DNA from: Alphaproteobacteria bacterium
GTDB taxonomy: Bacteria; Pseudomonadota; Alphaproteobacteria; GCA-2746255
Direction: 5' to 3'
NCBI GenBank assembly: GCA_021296325.1
Contig: JAGWAR010000002.1
Location: 65,459-129,458, forward strand
Length of the DNA: 64,000 nt
Position numbers and translations under genes: made by a program. The notes under the pieces were generated by a model that did no database searches, was not told the DNA's origin, and saw only the letters and a program-made list of their open reading frames with translations. The stretch's first letter is position 1. Each line of letters opens with the position of its first letter. This document shows positions 52,123 to 62,514 of the stretch, piece after piece.

Positions 52123-54156
52123 ATGCCCGGAAAAAGCCCTTATCCGCACCTGCTCGAGCCGCTGGACCTTGGTTTCCGGACGCTGCCGAACCGGGTCGTC
52201 ATGGGCTCCATGCACATGCGGCTCGAGGGCGAGGAACGGGGTTTCGAGAAGCTGGCCGCCTTCTATGCCGAGCGCGCGCGGGCCAAGGCCGGGCTCATCA
52301 TCACCGGCGGTTTCGCGCCGAACGCCGACAGCATCCTCGGCCCCGGCTGCGCCAAGCTCACGACGGAAGACGAGGTCGCCGAACACCGCAAGGTAACGGA
52401 GGCCGTCCACCGGGAAGGCGGCATCATCTGCCTGCAGATCCTGCACCCGGGGCGGTATTCGCAGCTCGACTATGCCTTCGCGCCGTCGGCCATCCGTTCG
52501 CCGATTAGCAAGGTGACGCCGAAGGCGATGACGGAAGAGGAGATCGAACAAACGATCCAGGACTTCGCCGATTGCGCCCTGCTCGCCCGGCAGGCCGGCT
52601 ATGACGGCATCGAGGTGATGGGTTCGGAAGGCTACCTCATCAACCAGTTCACGACCCGCCACGTGAACCAGCGGACGGACCGCTGGGGCGGCACAATCGA
52701 GAACCGCATTCGTTTTCCGCTTGAGATCATGCGGCGGACGCGCGCCGCCGTCGGCGAGGATTTCATCATCATCTACCGGCTTTCGATGATCGACCTCGTC
52801 GAGGACGGCAACACCCAGGAAGAGATCATCTTCCAGGGCCAGGAAATCGAAAAGACGGGCGCCACGATCATCAATTCCGGTATCGGCTGGCACGAGGCGC
52901 GCATCCCGACGATCGCCCAGATGGTACCGCGTGCGCCTTTCGTGGAAGTCATCGCCGCCGTGAAACGCGTCCTTTCCGTCCCCGTCGTGGCGACGAACCG
53001 GATCAACACACCGGAACTGGCCGAACGCATCCTGGCGATGGGCCAGGCGGATATGGTGTCGATGGCACGGCCTTTCCTGGCCGACGAGGCCTTCGTCCAG
53101 AAGGCAATGGAAGGACGGGCGGACGAGATCAACACCTGCATCGCCTGCAACGAGGCCTGCCTCGATTACATCTTCACGGAACGGCCGGCCTCCTGCCTCG
53201 TCAACCCGCGGGCCGGGCGCGAGCTGGAGATCCGGATCGAGCCGGCCACGGAGATCAAGAAGGTCGCCGTCGTCGGCGCCGGGCCGGCGGGGCTGGCCTA
53301 CGCGATCACGGCGGCCGAACGCGGCCACAAGGTGACGCTGTTCGAAGCCGGCCCGGAGATCGGCGGGCAACTGAACCTCGCCGTCAAGATCCCCGGCAAG
53401 GAAGAATTCCACGAGACGCTTCGCTACTACCGGAAGATGATCGAGAAGCACGGCGTCGACGTGCGCTTGAATACGCACGCCTCGTCCGAGGAACTGATCA
53501 AGGGCAATTTCGTCGAGGTCGTGCTTTCCACCGGCGTCAAGGCGCGGGTACCGGAAATCGAGGGCATCGATCACCCGATGGTCCTTTCCTATGAAGAGGT
53601 CATCGAAAAGAAAAAGCCCGTCGGCCAACGCGTCGCCATCATCGGCGCCGGCGGCATCGGGTTCGACGTCGCCGAGTTCCTGACAACGCCGGAAGGCTGG
53701 AAAGAAAGCCAGGACGCGGACGCCTTCTTCGGCGCCTGGGGCGTCGACAAGACGGTGAACACGCCGGGCGGGTTGAAACCGCCCGAGCCGGAGAAGTCGC
53801 CCCGCGAGGTTTACCTTCTTCAGCGCAAGGCGACGACGCATGGCCGCAACCTTGGCCGGTCGACCGGCTGGATCCACCGGCTGACGATTCAGAAGCGGAA
53901 GGTGCACACGATCGGCGGCGTTACCTACCGCAAGATCGACGACCAGGGATTGCACATCACGGTGGAAGGCGAGGACCGGGTGCTGGAGGTGGACAACGTC
54001 ATCCTCTGCGCCGGCCAGGAACCGAACCGCGACCTGCACGACGCGCTGGAACGGGCGGGCGTGTCGTCCCATCTGATTGGCGGCGCCGAGGAGGCGCTGG
54101 AGCTGGATGCGCGCCGCGCGATCGACATCGGCACGCGCCTCGCCACCCGCACCTGA
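52123..54156 (+). CDS. fadH: NADPH-dependent 2,4-dienoyl-CoA reductase
   Basis: 677 aa. N-terminal OYE-like TIM barrel with 4Fe-4S (CIACNEAC) plus a C-terminal FAD/NADPH Rossmann ([14 protein letters not shown]). Confidence 0.9.
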   Translation: MPGKSPYPHLLEPLDLGFRTLPNRVVMGSMHMRLEGEERGFEKLAAFYAERARAKAGLIITGGFAPNADSILGPGCAKLTTEDEVAEHRKVTEAVHREGGIICLQILHPGRYSQLDYAFAPSAIRSPISKVTPKAMTEEEIEQTIQDFADCALLARQAGYDGIEVMGSEGYLINQFTTRHVNQRTDRWGGTIENRIRFPLEIMRRTRAAVGEDFIIIYRLSMIDLVEDGNTQEEIIFQGQEIEKTGATIINSGIGWHEARIPTIAQMVPRAPFVEVIAAVKRVLSVPVVATNRINTPELAERILAMGQADMVSMARPFLADEAFVQKAMEGRADEINTCIACNEACLDYIFTERPASCLVNPRAGRELEIRIEPATEIKKVAVVGAGPAGLAYAITAAERGHKVTLFEAGPEIGGQLNLAVKIPGKEEFHETLRYYRKMIEKHGVDVRLNTHASSEELIKGNFVEVVLSTGVKARVPEIEGIDHPMVLSYEEVIEKKKPVGQRVAIIGAGGIGFDVAEFLTTPEGWKESQDADAFFGAWGVDKTVNTPGGLKPPEPEKSPREVYLLQRKATTHGRNLGRSTGWIHRLTIQKRKVHTIGGVTYRKIDDQGLHITVEGEDRVLEVDNVILCAGQEPNRDLHDALERAGVSSHLIGGAEEALELDARRAIDIGTRLATRT

Positions 54157-55245
54157 TCAGGACGCCGCCAGGGTCGGGTAGTCCGTGTAGCCTTTGGCGT
54201 CGCCGCCATAGAAGGTGGCCGGGTCCGGTTCGTTGAGGGCCGCCCCGGTTTCAAGCCGATGGACAAGATCCGGATTGGCAAGAAAGGGCCGGGCGAAGCT
54301 GACGAGATCGGCGCGGCCTTCCGCGATGGCGGCCTCGGCCTTTGGTCCGTCGTAACCGCCATTCGCCATGTAGAGCCCGCCGAAGGCCTCGCGCATGGCC
54401 GGCCAGTCGAAGGGCGGCACGTCGCCGACGAGGCTCACCTCGACCACGTGAAGATAGGCAAGTTTCTGCCGCCCGAGCATGGAGGCGACGGCCGGGAAGG
54501 TCGTTTCGGGCGCGCTGTCCTGCATGTCGTTGAAGGCGTTGAGCGGCGAGAGCCGGACCCCGACGCGGTCCGCCCCCCACACGCCGGCCACCGCCTCGAC
54601 GACGTCGTGAAGGAGCCGGGCGCGGTTCATGAGCGAGCCGCCATACCGGTCCGTCCGCCGGTTCGTGCCATCGCGCAGGAACTGGTCCAGCAGGTAGCCA
54701 TTCGCCGCGTGGATTTCGACGCCGTCGAAGCCCGCCCGGTGTGCGTTCCGGGCGGCCGTTTCGAATTGGGCGAGGAGGCCGGGGATTTCCTCCGTGACCA
54801 GCTCGCGCGGCGTCACGAAAGGCTGCAGCCCTTCATAGGTCATCGCCTCGCCCGCGGGGCGAATGGCGGACGGAGCCACCGGCAAGGCGCCATCCGGCTG
54901 AAGCGAGGGGTGCGAAATGCGCCCGACATGCCAAAGTTGCAGAAAAATCCAGCCGCCTTCTTCATGGACGGCGTCCGTCACGCGTTGCCACCCCGCCACC
55001 TGTTCGGCCGAATGGATGCCGGGGGTCGCCGGGTAGCCCACCCCTTGCGGCGAAATCTGGGTCGCCTCGGTGAGGATGAGCGCGCCCTTCGCCCGCTGGC
55101 GGTAATAGGTGACGTTAAGGTCCTGGGGCACGTTGCCGGGCCCGGCGCGGTTCCGCGTCATCGGCGCCATGACGGCGCGGTGGGGAAGCGCAAGCGGCCC
55201 CAGCCGCACCGGCGTGAAAAGATGGGAAAAGGCGGGCTTCGTCAT
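54157..55245 (-). CDS. Old-yellow-enzyme family alkene reductase (NemA-like NADH:flavin oxidoreductase)
   Basis: 362 aa TIM barrel; HAANGYLLDQFL active-site region. Confidence 0.85.
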   Translation of the reverse strand: MTKPAFSHLFTPVRLGPLALPHRAVMAPMTRNRAGPGNVPQDLNVTYYRQRAKGALILTEATQISPQGVGYPATPGIHSAEQVAGWQRVTDAVHEEGGWIFLQLWHVGRISHPSLQPDGALPVAPSAIRPAGEAMTYEGLQPFVTPRELVTEEIPGLLAQFETAARNAHRAGFDGVEIHAANGYLLDQFLRDGTNRRTDRYGGSLMNRARLLHDVVEAVAGVWGADRVGVRLSPLNAFNDMQDSAPETTFPAVASMLGRQKLAYLHVVEVSLVGDVPPFDWPAMREAFGGLYMANGGYDGPKAEAAIAEGRADLVSFARPFLANPDLVHRLETGAALNEPDPATFYGGDAKGYTDYPTLAAS

Positions 55246-55269
55246 GGCATCGCGTTCACGGGCTGGCGA

Positions 55270-56058
55270 TCACTTCACGAATTTGCGGAAATCCGCCTTG
55301 CGTTTTTCATTGAAGGCCTTGACCCCTTCCTGGGACTCGGCGGTGTCGTAGTAAAGGGCCAGCGCCTGCATGCCAAGGCTCGCAATGCCGTTGATGTGGT
55401 CCGTGTCGGCGTTGATCGAACGCTTGGCCAGCGAGAGCGCCGTTGGGGATTTGTCCATGATTTCGGCACACCATTCGTTCACCACTTCGTCGAGTTTCTC
55501 GTGGGGAACGGCGATGTTGGCGAGTCCCATTTCGACGGCCTCCTGCCCCGTGTAGCGGCGGCAGAGATACCAGATCTCGCGCGCCTTCTTCTCGCCGACG
55601 ACGCGGGCAAGGTAAGCGGTGCCGTAGCCGGGATCGACGGAGCCCATCTTCGGGCCGACCTGGCCGAACTGGGCCTTCTCGGAAGCGATCGTAAGGTCGC
55701 AGAGAGTGGCCAGCACGTTGCCGCCGCCGATGGCGTAGCCCTGCACGCGGGCGATGACCGGCTTCGGCGCGATGCGGATGGCATTTTGCAGCGCCTCGAT
55801 CGCCATGCCGATCGTGCCCTTGCCTTCGTAAGCCCCTTCGTGGCCGGACTGGTCGCCGCCGGCGCAGAAGGCCTTGTCACCGGCCCCCGTCAGCACGATG
55901 ACGCCGATGGATTTGTCCCAGCTTGCCTCGGTGAAGGCGTCGATCAGCTCGTCCACGGTGGCCGCGCGGAAGGCGTTCATGCGCTCGGGCCGGTTGATGG
56001 TGATCCACGCGGCACCCGCCTTCACCTCGTAAAGAATGTCCTGATAAGCCATGGTCAT
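55270..56058 (-). CDS. Crotonase-superfamily enzyme of the MenB (1,4-dihydroxy-2-naphthoyl-CoA synthase / BadI) subfamily
   Basis: ILYEVKAGAAWITINRPERMNAF ... AFCAGGDQ ... GYAIGGGNVL ... FNEKRKADFRKF. These tracts are near-identical to MenB blocks I recall from memory. Confidence 0.8.
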   Translation of the reverse strand: MTMAYQDILYEVKAGAAWITINRPERMNAFRAATVDELIDAFTEASWDKSIGVIVLTGAGDKAFCAGGDQSGHEGAYEGKGTIGMAIEALQNAIRIAPKPVIARVQGYAIGGGNVLATLCDLTIASEKAQFGQVGPKMGSVDPGYGTAYLARVVGEKKAREIWYLCRRYTGQEAVEMGLANIAVPHEKLDEVVNEWCAEIMDKSPTALSLAKRSINADTDHINGIASLGMQALALYYDTAESQEGVKAFNEKRKADFRKFVK

Positions 56059-56207
56059 GTTCCTCTTGCTTGCCGCCCCATTCTAGCGGGCCAGGGGCTT
56101 TCGGGAACCGGCTTGCCACCGCTGGCGGCGGCCCCTCAAAAGCCCGGTTTTCCTGGATTTTCCGGTTTTTTCCCGGAGTTTGGCTTGACAGGCCAGCCTC
56201 CGAGTGC

Positions 56208-56221
56208 CTAGCTAATGCTAG
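56208..56221. promoter_or_regulatory. Perfect 14-bp palindrome CTAGCTAATGCTAG between a TTGACA -35 and the TetR start; candidate operator
   Basis: Read from sequence. TTGACA at 56185-56190. The palindrome sits about 17 bp downstream (where a -10 would be) and 17 bp before the TetR ATG. Confidence 0.3.
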
Positions 56222-56237
56222 TTAGAAAATAGGTGAT

Positions 56238-56864
56238 GTGCAAATGAAATCCTCGGCCAAGACAGCGGCGAATGCGGAGCGCAAATCCGTCGTCTCGCGG
56301 CGCGAAATTCTGGACGCGGCGGCCGGCCTCTTCCGCATGAAGGGCTATTACGCGACGACGCTTCGCGACATCGCGGCGGCCGTCGGCATGAAGGCGGGCA
56401 GCGTCTATTACCATTTCGATTCGAAGGAGCAGATCCTCGAAGAGGTGCTGGACATCGGCATCCGGTCCGCCTTCGAAGCCGTGCGCAAGAGCATCGAGGC
56501 CCTGCCGGAAACGGCCACCTGGCGCGAGCGTTTCCGGGTTGCGCTGAACGCGCATTTCGCCTCGCTCTTTCAGCTGGGCGATTACCTGTCGGCAAATTTG
56601 CGCGTCTTCGGTCAGGCGCCGCCCCACATCTACGAGCAACACATCCGTATTCGCCGGGAATATGACGACTACTGGCGGAACATGTACGAAAAGGCCCAGG
56701 CCGCCGGCGAAATTCGCAGTGACGTCAATTTATCGGCCCTTCGCCTGCTGGTTTTTGGCGCCATGAACTGGGCAATCGAATGGTACAAGCCCGGCAAGAA
56801 AACCGTCGACTCGCTTGCCGACGAATATACGCGCATCCTCTTCGACGGTGTTGGGCCCAGATAG
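56238..56864 (+). CDS. TetR/AcrR-family transcriptional regulator
   Basis: N-terminal HTH (ILDAAAGLFRMKGYYATTLRDIAAAVGMKAGSVYYHF). Confidence 0.85.
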   Translation: MQMKSSAKTAANAERKSVVSRREILDAAAGLFRMKGYYATTLRDIAAAVGMKAGSVYYHFDSKEQILEEVLDIGIRSAFEAVRKSIEALPETATWRERFRVALNAHFASLFQLGDYLSANLRVFGQAPPHIYEQHIRIRREYDDYWRNMYEKAQAAGEIRSDVNLSALRLLVFGAMNWAIEWYKPGKKTVDSLADEYTRILFDGVGPR

Positions 56865-56918
56865 GGCTCCGGCCGGAAACGACGACCCCGACCCTTCGGA
56901 CAGTAACTGGAAACGACC

Positions 56919-58520
56919 ATGGCTTTGATCAAGACAAAAATCGACACGCGCTCGGACGCATTCCAAAAGAACAAGGCGGCCTATGAAGCGATGGTCGGCA
57001 CCCTTCGTGAACGCCAGGCCTATGCCGTCTCGGGCGGACGCGACAAGCAGATCGAACGCAACCACGAACGCGGCAAGTTCCTGCCCCGCGAGCGGATCGA
57101 CATGCTGATCGATCCCCATACGCCGTTTCTGGAGCTTTCGACGCTGGCGGCCTGGGACAAATACAAGAACGCCGCCCAGAGCGCCGGCATCGTCACCGGC
57201 ATCGGCATCGTCACCGGCACGCCCTGCGTCATCATCGCCAACGATCCGACGGTCAAGGGCGGCACGTTCTTCCCGGAAACGGTGCAGAAGCACATCCGCG
57301 CCCAGGAAATCGCCCTCCAGAACCGGCTACCGGTCGTCTACCTCGTCGACAGCGGCGGCGCCTTTCTGCCTCATCAGGACGAGGTCTTTTCGGGCCCCCG
57401 GCATTTCGGGCACACCTTCTACCTGCAGGCGCGTCTTTCCGCCCAAGGCCTGACCCAGCTTTCCGCCGTCTTCGGCGGCTCGACGGCGGGGGGCGCCTAC
57501 ATTCCGGTGCTGTGCGACTACGTCGTCATGGTGCGCGGCAAGGGCCGCATCTTCCTGGGCGGCCCGCCCATCGTGAAGGAAGCCATCAAGGAGATCGTCG
57601 ATCAGGAGACGCTGGGCGGGGCGGAGAAGCACACGCGCGTTTCGGGCGTGTCCGACGACTTTGCCGACAGCGAGCCGGAGGCCCTCGGCAAGCTGCGCGA
57701 AGCGATCGCCCGGCTGAACTGGCGGCGCCAGGTCCACGCCAAGACGAAGCCGGCGAAGCCGCCGCGCTACGCCACGGAGGAGCTGCTTGGCATCGTGCCG
57801 GTCGACCGCAAACAGGTCTTTGACATGTATGAGGTCATCGCGCGTCTGATCGATGACAGCGACTTCGACGAGTTCAAACCCCATTTCGGTGAAGAGCTGG
57901 TATGCGGGGTTGCCTACATTCACGGCTATCCCGTCGGCATCATCGCCAACAACGGCATTCTTTTTTCGGAATGCTCGCTAAAGGGGACGCACTTCATCGA
58001 GAAGTGCAACCAGCGAAACATCCCGCTGCTTTTCCTGCACAACATCACCGGCTTCATGGTCGGCACGAAGGCCGAGGAAAGCGGCATCGCCAAGCACAGC
58101 TCGAAGATGGTCTATGCGGTCGCAAACTCCCGCGTGCCGAAATATTCCGTCATCGTCAGCCACTCTTGCGGGGCCGGCAATTACGGCATGTGCGGGGCGG
58201 GCCTGATGCCGCATTTCCTGTTCACCTGGCCGACCTCCTTCATTGCGACCATGGCCGGCGAGACGGCGGTCGTCGTCATGACGGAAGTGAAGAAGGCGGG
58301 CATCGGCGGCGACAAGGTGACCCAGGCCGAACTTGACAAGATCGCCGAGGACACGCGCGCCCTTTACACCGAACAGGGCGACCCCTACCACATCACGGCG
58401 CGGCTTTGGGACGACGGCCTGATCGAACCGACGAAGACGCGCGACATTCTGGGGCTTTGCCTGGCGCTTGGCGCGACGCTCGAGCCGGAAACGGGCTATC
58501 ACCCCGTCTACCGGATGTAA
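56919..58520 (+). CDS. Acyl-CoA carboxylase carboxyltransferase (beta) subunit (methylcrotonyl-/geranyl-CoA carboxylase type)
   Basis: 533 aa, two crotonase-like CT domains; gene order beta-hydratase-alpha is typical of Liu/Atu clusters. Confidence 0.9.
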   Translation: MALIKTKIDTRSDAFQKNKAAYEAMVGTLRERQAYAVSGGRDKQIERNHERGKFLPRERIDMLIDPHTPFLELSTLAAWDKYKNAAQSAGIVTGIGIVTGTPCVIIANDPTVKGGTFFPETVQKHIRAQEIALQNRLPVVYLVDSGGAFLPHQDEVFSGPRHFGHTFYLQARLSAQGLTQLSAVFGGSTAGGAYIPVLCDYVVMVRGKGRIFLGGPPIVKEAIKEIVDQETLGGAEKHTRVSGVSDDFADSEPEALGKLREAIARLNWRRQVHAKTKPAKPPRYATEELLGIVPVDRKQVFDMYEVIARLIDDSDFDEFKPHFGEELVCGVAYIHGYPVGIIANNGILFSECSLKGTHFIEKCNQRNIPLLFLHNITGFMVGTKAEESGIAKHSSKMVYAVANSRVPKYSVIVSHSCGAGNYGMCGAGLMPHFLFTWPTSFIATMAGETAVVVMTEVKKAGIGGDKVTQAELDKIAEDTRALYTEQGDPYHITARLWDDGLIEPTKTRDILGLCLALGATLEPETGYHPVYRM

Positions 58521-59323
58521 TGGCGATGGCTTACGAGACGATCCGGATTGCCACCGACGAACGCGGCGTCTGTCAACTGACGCTGGCGCGCGCCGACGTC
58601 CACAACGCCATGAACAAGGCGCTGATCGCCGAGATGCGGGACGCGGTGAAGGCGATTGCGAAGGACCCGAAAGTGCGCGTCGTCGTGCTGACCGGCGAGG
58701 GGAAAAGTTTCTGCGCCGGGGGCGATTTGCGCTGGATGAAGGCGAATGTCGACATGGCGCGCGAGGGACGCATCGCCGAGGCCGGCGAACTTGCCGACAT
58801 GCTGCACGAGATCGACACGTTGCCGAAGCCCGTCATCGGGCGGATCAACGGGCCAGCCTATGGCGGCGGCGTCGGCATGATGGCCGTGTGTGACCTTGCG
58901 ATCGGCGTCAGTTCAGCGCGCTTCGGCCTGACGGAGGTGCGGCTTGGTCTCATCCCGGCGACGATTTCGCCCTACGTCGTGCGCCGCATGGGGCCAGGCA
59001 ATGCGCGGCGGGTCTTCTTCAGCGGCCGGCTGTTCTCGGCCGAAGAAGCCAGGGCATTGAACCTCTTAAGCGCGGTCGTCGCTCCGGAAGCCCTGGACGA
59101 AGCGGTGGAGAAGGAAATTGCCGAATTGTTGCAGGCGGCCCCCGGCGCGGTCGGCGCGACGAAACGGCTTGTCGATTTCGTGGCGAGCCATGACCATGCG
59201 GCGAACCGCGACTACACGCTGACGGCCTTGGCGGATGCCTGGGAAACCGAAGAGGGGCAAGAGGGCATCCAGGCCTTCCTCAACAAGGAAACCCCCTGGT
59301 GGCGGAAAGGAAACCAGTCATGA
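58520..59323 (+). CDS. Enoyl-CoA hydratase (methylglutaconyl-/isohexenylglutaconyl-CoA hydratase-like)
   Basis: Crotonase fold with FCAGGDL oxyanion region; start overlaps the beta-subunit stop (TAATG). Confidence 0.85.
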   Translation: MAMAYETIRIATDERGVCQLTLARADVHNAMNKALIAEMRDAVKAIAKDPKVRVVVLTGEGKSFCAGGDLRWMKANVDMAREGRIAEAGELADMLHEIDTLPKPVIGRINGPAYGGGVGMMAVCDLAIGVSSARFGLTEVRLGLIPATISPYVVRRMGPGNARRVFFSGRLFSAEEARALNLLSAVVAPEALDEAVEKEIAELLQAAPGAVGATKRLVDFVASHDHAANRDYTLTALADAWETEEGQEGIQAFLNKETPWWRKGNQS

Positions 59324-61332
59324 AACGCGTCTTCATCGCCAATCGGGGCGAGATCGCCATTCGCGTCCTGAAGACCTGCCGGCGGCTTGGGCTCCGCACG
59401 GCGGTTGCCTATTCGGAAGCGGATGCCGACGCGCTGCACGTGCGCATGGCCGACCGGGCCTATTGCATCGGCCCGAAGGAAGCGGCGGCGAGCTACCTCA
59501 ACGTCGAGGCCATTCTGGAAGCGGCGAAACGGGCCGAGGCGGACGCCATCCATCCGGGGTACGGCTTTCTTTCCGAAAGCACGGCTCTCGTCAACGCCTG
59601 CGAGAAGGCGGGCATCACCTTCGTCGGGCCGAACCCGGAAGCCATCGAGAAGATGGGCTCGAAGATCGAATCGAAGAAGATCGCCGAGGCGGCGAAAGTC
59701 CCCGTCGTGCCCGGCTATTACGGCAGCCAGGATGAAAAGGCACTTGCCAAGGAAGCGAAACGCGTCGGCACGCCTCTTTTCATCAAGGCCTCCGCCGGTG
59801 GTGGCGGCAAGGGCATGCGCCTCGTCACGGACGAAAAGGACTTTGCCAAGACCCTGACGATGGCGCGCCAGGAAGCGAAGGCCGCCTTCGGCAACGACGA
59901 CGTCATGCTGGAAAGGGCGGTCATGAAACCGCGCCACATCGAGGTGCAGATCGCCGGCGACAAGCATGGCAATGTCATCCACCTGTTCGAGCGCGAATGT
60001 TCCATCCAGCGCCGACATCAGAAAGTCATCGAGGAGGCACCGGCCGCCTTCCTGCCCGAAGAGGTGCGCGCCTCGCTTTTCGACTATGCCGTTCGCATCG
60101 CCAAGGCCATTGGCTATGACTCGCTTGGCACCGTCGAGTTCCTCTTTGATGAGGACAGCAAGGAAGCCTATTTCCTTGAGATGAACACGCGCCTGCAGGT
60201 CGAGCATCCGACAACGGAAATGGTGACCAGACTTGATCTCGTCGAATTGCAGCTCGGGATTGCCGACGGCAAACCCATTCCCTTTGCCCAAAACGACATC
60301 ACCCTTTGCGGCTGGGCAATTGAGGCCCGCGTCAACGCCGAATCGCCGGCCGACGATTTCCGCCCGGAGATCGGCACGATCCTGCTTTACGACGAACCGA
60401 AGGGCGAGGGCCTGCGTTTCGACAGCGGCGTGCACATGGGAAGCCAGGTGACGCCCTGGTACGACCCGATGCTGGCCAAGGTCATCGCCCACGGCAAGGA
60501 CCGCGAGGAAGCCTGCCGGCGCCTGGGCACCGCCCTGGCCGATTACGCGCTGGCGGGCGTGGCGACGAATATTGATTTCCTGCGCGACGTGCTGGCCCAC
60601 CCGAATTTCCTGGAACGGCCGCTCACGACGCGCTTCCTGCCGGAAACCTTTCCGGAAGGCTGGAAGCCGAGGCCGGAGCCGGTGGCGGCCGTGCTGGCCG
60701 GGATTGCCTATACGCTGAGCCTCGAGACGGCGGCGCCCGAAGGCACGATCGAGGCGGTGACGCCCTGGCAAACGCTTGGCACCTGGCGGACGCTGGACGA
60801 GGCGATCGTCAAGACCGAGACCCACCTTCGCCTGCTGCGCCAGGGCGAAAGCGAGGACGTGCGGATCACCGGCCATGGCGGACGCTACCACGTCCTGGAA
60901 GGCGAGACGAAACACGAGGTCGAGGCCGAGCGCCTGGCCGACGGACGCATCCAGCTTTGGATGGATGGCGAGCGTTACGACTTTCGCGCCGTCGTCAACG
61001 GCGAGGAGATCGTCGTCGCCGGCAAGTGCGGCAACGCGGTGTTCACGCTGGAATCCCATCTTGCGGTGGAGCAGCACGCCAGCGCGCCGCAGCAATCGCA
61101 TTTCACGCTTTACGCGCCGATGCCGGGACTGATCACGGAGTTGAAGGTCAAGCCGGGCGACCGCGTGCAGTCGGGCGATGTGTTGATCGTCATGGAAGCG
61201 ATGAAACTGGTTCACAATCTCGTCGCCGAAGCGGATGGCGTCGTCGACGCCGTGCATTGCGAGAAGGGCACGACCGTCCAGCACAAGGCGGCGCTCGTCG
61301 AGATTGGCCCCGGAGAGACGGCGGAAGCCTGA
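59320..61332 (+). CDS. Acyl-CoA carboxylase biotin-carboxylase/BCCP (alpha) subunit
   Basis: 670 aa: ATP-grasp biotin carboxylase plus a C-terminal biotinyl domain with the EAMKL motif (VMEAMKLVH). ATGA overlap with the hydratase. Confidence 0.9.
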   Translation: MKRVFIANRGEIAIRVLKTCRRLGLRTAVAYSEADADALHVRMADRAYCIGPKEAAASYLNVEAILEAAKRAEADAIHPGYGFLSESTALVNACEKAGITFVGPNPEAIEKMGSKIESKKIAEAAKVPVVPGYYGSQDEKALAKEAKRVGTPLFIKASAGGGGKGMRLVTDEKDFAKTLTMARQEAKAAFGNDDVMLERAVMKPRHIEVQIAGDKHGNVIHLFERECSIQRRHQKVIEEAPAAFLPEEVRASLFDYAVRIAKAIGYDSLGTVEFLFDEDSKEAYFLEMNTRLQVEHPTTEMVTRLDLVELQLGIADGKPIPFAQNDITLCGWAIEARVNAESPADDFRPEIGTILLYDEPKGEGLRFDSGVHMGSQVTPWYDPMLAKVIAHGKDREEACRRLGTALADYALAGVATNIDFLRDVLAHPNFLERPLTTRFLPETFPEGWKPRPEPVAAVLAGIAYTLSLETAAPEGTIEAVTPWQTLGTWRTLDEAIVKTETHLRLLRQGESEDVRITGHGGRYHVLEGETKHEVEAERLADGRIQLWMDGERYDFRAVVNGEEIVVAGKCGNAVFTLESHLAVEQHASAPQQSHFTLYAPMPGLITELKVKPGDRVQSGDVLIVMEAMKLVHNLVAEADGVVDAVHCEKGTTVQHKAALVEIGPGETAEA

Positions 61333-61340
61333 ACGGAGGC

Positions 61341-62504
61341 ATGAGACAGGTCATGGAATCGATCTATCAGACGGAAGAATTAGCGCTGTTCCGCGAGCAG
61401 TTGCGCCGTTTCGTCGAGGAGGAGGTCGAACCTTTCGGCGAAGCCTGGGAGGAAGCGGGCATGGTGCCCCGGGAGGTGATCCGCAAACTCGGCCAGCTCG
61501 GCTTTCTCGGCCTCACCTACCCGGAAGAATATGGCGGCGCCGGCCTGGACACGATTGCCAGCGCCATTTTTGCGGAAGAACTGGGCCGTTCCACCTTCGG
61601 CGGCTTTCCTGCAACCGTGCTGGTCCATACCGACATGGGCTCGCCCCATCTCGCCAACGCCGGCTCGGCAGCGCAGATGAAGAAGTACATGCCGAAAATC
61701 ACCTCGGGCGAGATAATCACGGCAATCGCGGTGACGGAACCGGACGCGGGTTCGGATGTCGCCAATCTACGCACCCGCGCCGTCCGCAAGGGCGACGTTT
61801 ACGTCCTTGACGGCACGAAGATGTTCATCACGAACGGGGTCCATGGCGATCTTTTCTTCGTGGCGGCGAGGACGGACCCGCAGGCGAAGGGGTCGCGGGG
61901 CCTTTCGATGTTCATCGTCGAGAAAGGGACGCAGGGCTTCAGGGTCGGCCGACCGCTGAAGAAGCAGGGCTGGTGGTGTTCGGACACGGCCGAGCTCATC
62001 TTCGAGGACTGCGCCGTGCCGGCGGAAAACCTGCTCGGCAAGGAGAATGAAGGCTTCTACGCCATCATGAAGAATTTCCAGAACGAGCGCATCGTGCTGG
62101 GCGCCATGGCGATCGGGACCTGCGACAAGGCGCTGGAACTGACGCTGGATTACGTGACGACGCGGCGCGCCTTCGGCGGCGTGCTGTTCGATCTGCAGGC
62201 GATCCGCCAGAAGCTGGCCGATCTGGCCGGCAAGGTCGAGGCGGGCCGTCAGCTTGTCTATCACGCCGCCTGGCTGGACGCCGCCGGGCGCGATTGCGTG
62301 AAGGAAGTTTCGATGGTGAAGGCCTATTGCGGCGAACTCGTCAACGAGGTCGTCTATGCCTGCCAGCAGTTCCACGGCGGCGCCGGCTATTTGCGGGAAA
62401 CGCCGATCGAACGGATGGTGCGGGACGCGCGCATCCTTTCCATCGGCGGAGGCGCGACGGAAGTGATGCTGGAGGAAGTCGCCAAGCGCATGGTCACGAA
62501 TTAG
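61341..62504 (+). CDS. Acyl-CoA dehydrogenase
   Basis: ACAD fold (TEELALFREQLRRFVEEEVEP...). Start ambiguous between ATG 61341 and ATG 61353. Confidence 0.85.
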   Translation: MRQVMESIYQTEELALFREQLRRFVEEEVEPFGEAWEEAGMVPREVIRKLGQLGFLGLTYPEEYGGAGLDTIASAIFAEELGRSTFGGFPATVLVHTDMGSPHLANAGSAAQMKKYMPKITSGEIITAIAVTEPDAGSDVANLRTRAVRKGDVYVLDGTKMFITNGVHGDLFFVAARTDPQAKGSRGLSMFIVEKGTQGFRVGRPLKKQGWWCSDTAELIFEDCAVPAENLLGKENEGFYAIMKNFQNERIVLGAMAIGTCDKALELTLDYVTTRRAFGGVLFDLQAIRQKLADLAGKVEAGRQLVYHAAWLDAAGRDCVKEVSMVKAYCGELVNEVVYACQQFHGGAGYLRETPIERMVRDARILSIGGGATEVMLEEVAKRMVTN

Positions 62505-62514
62505 GGGAACAAAC

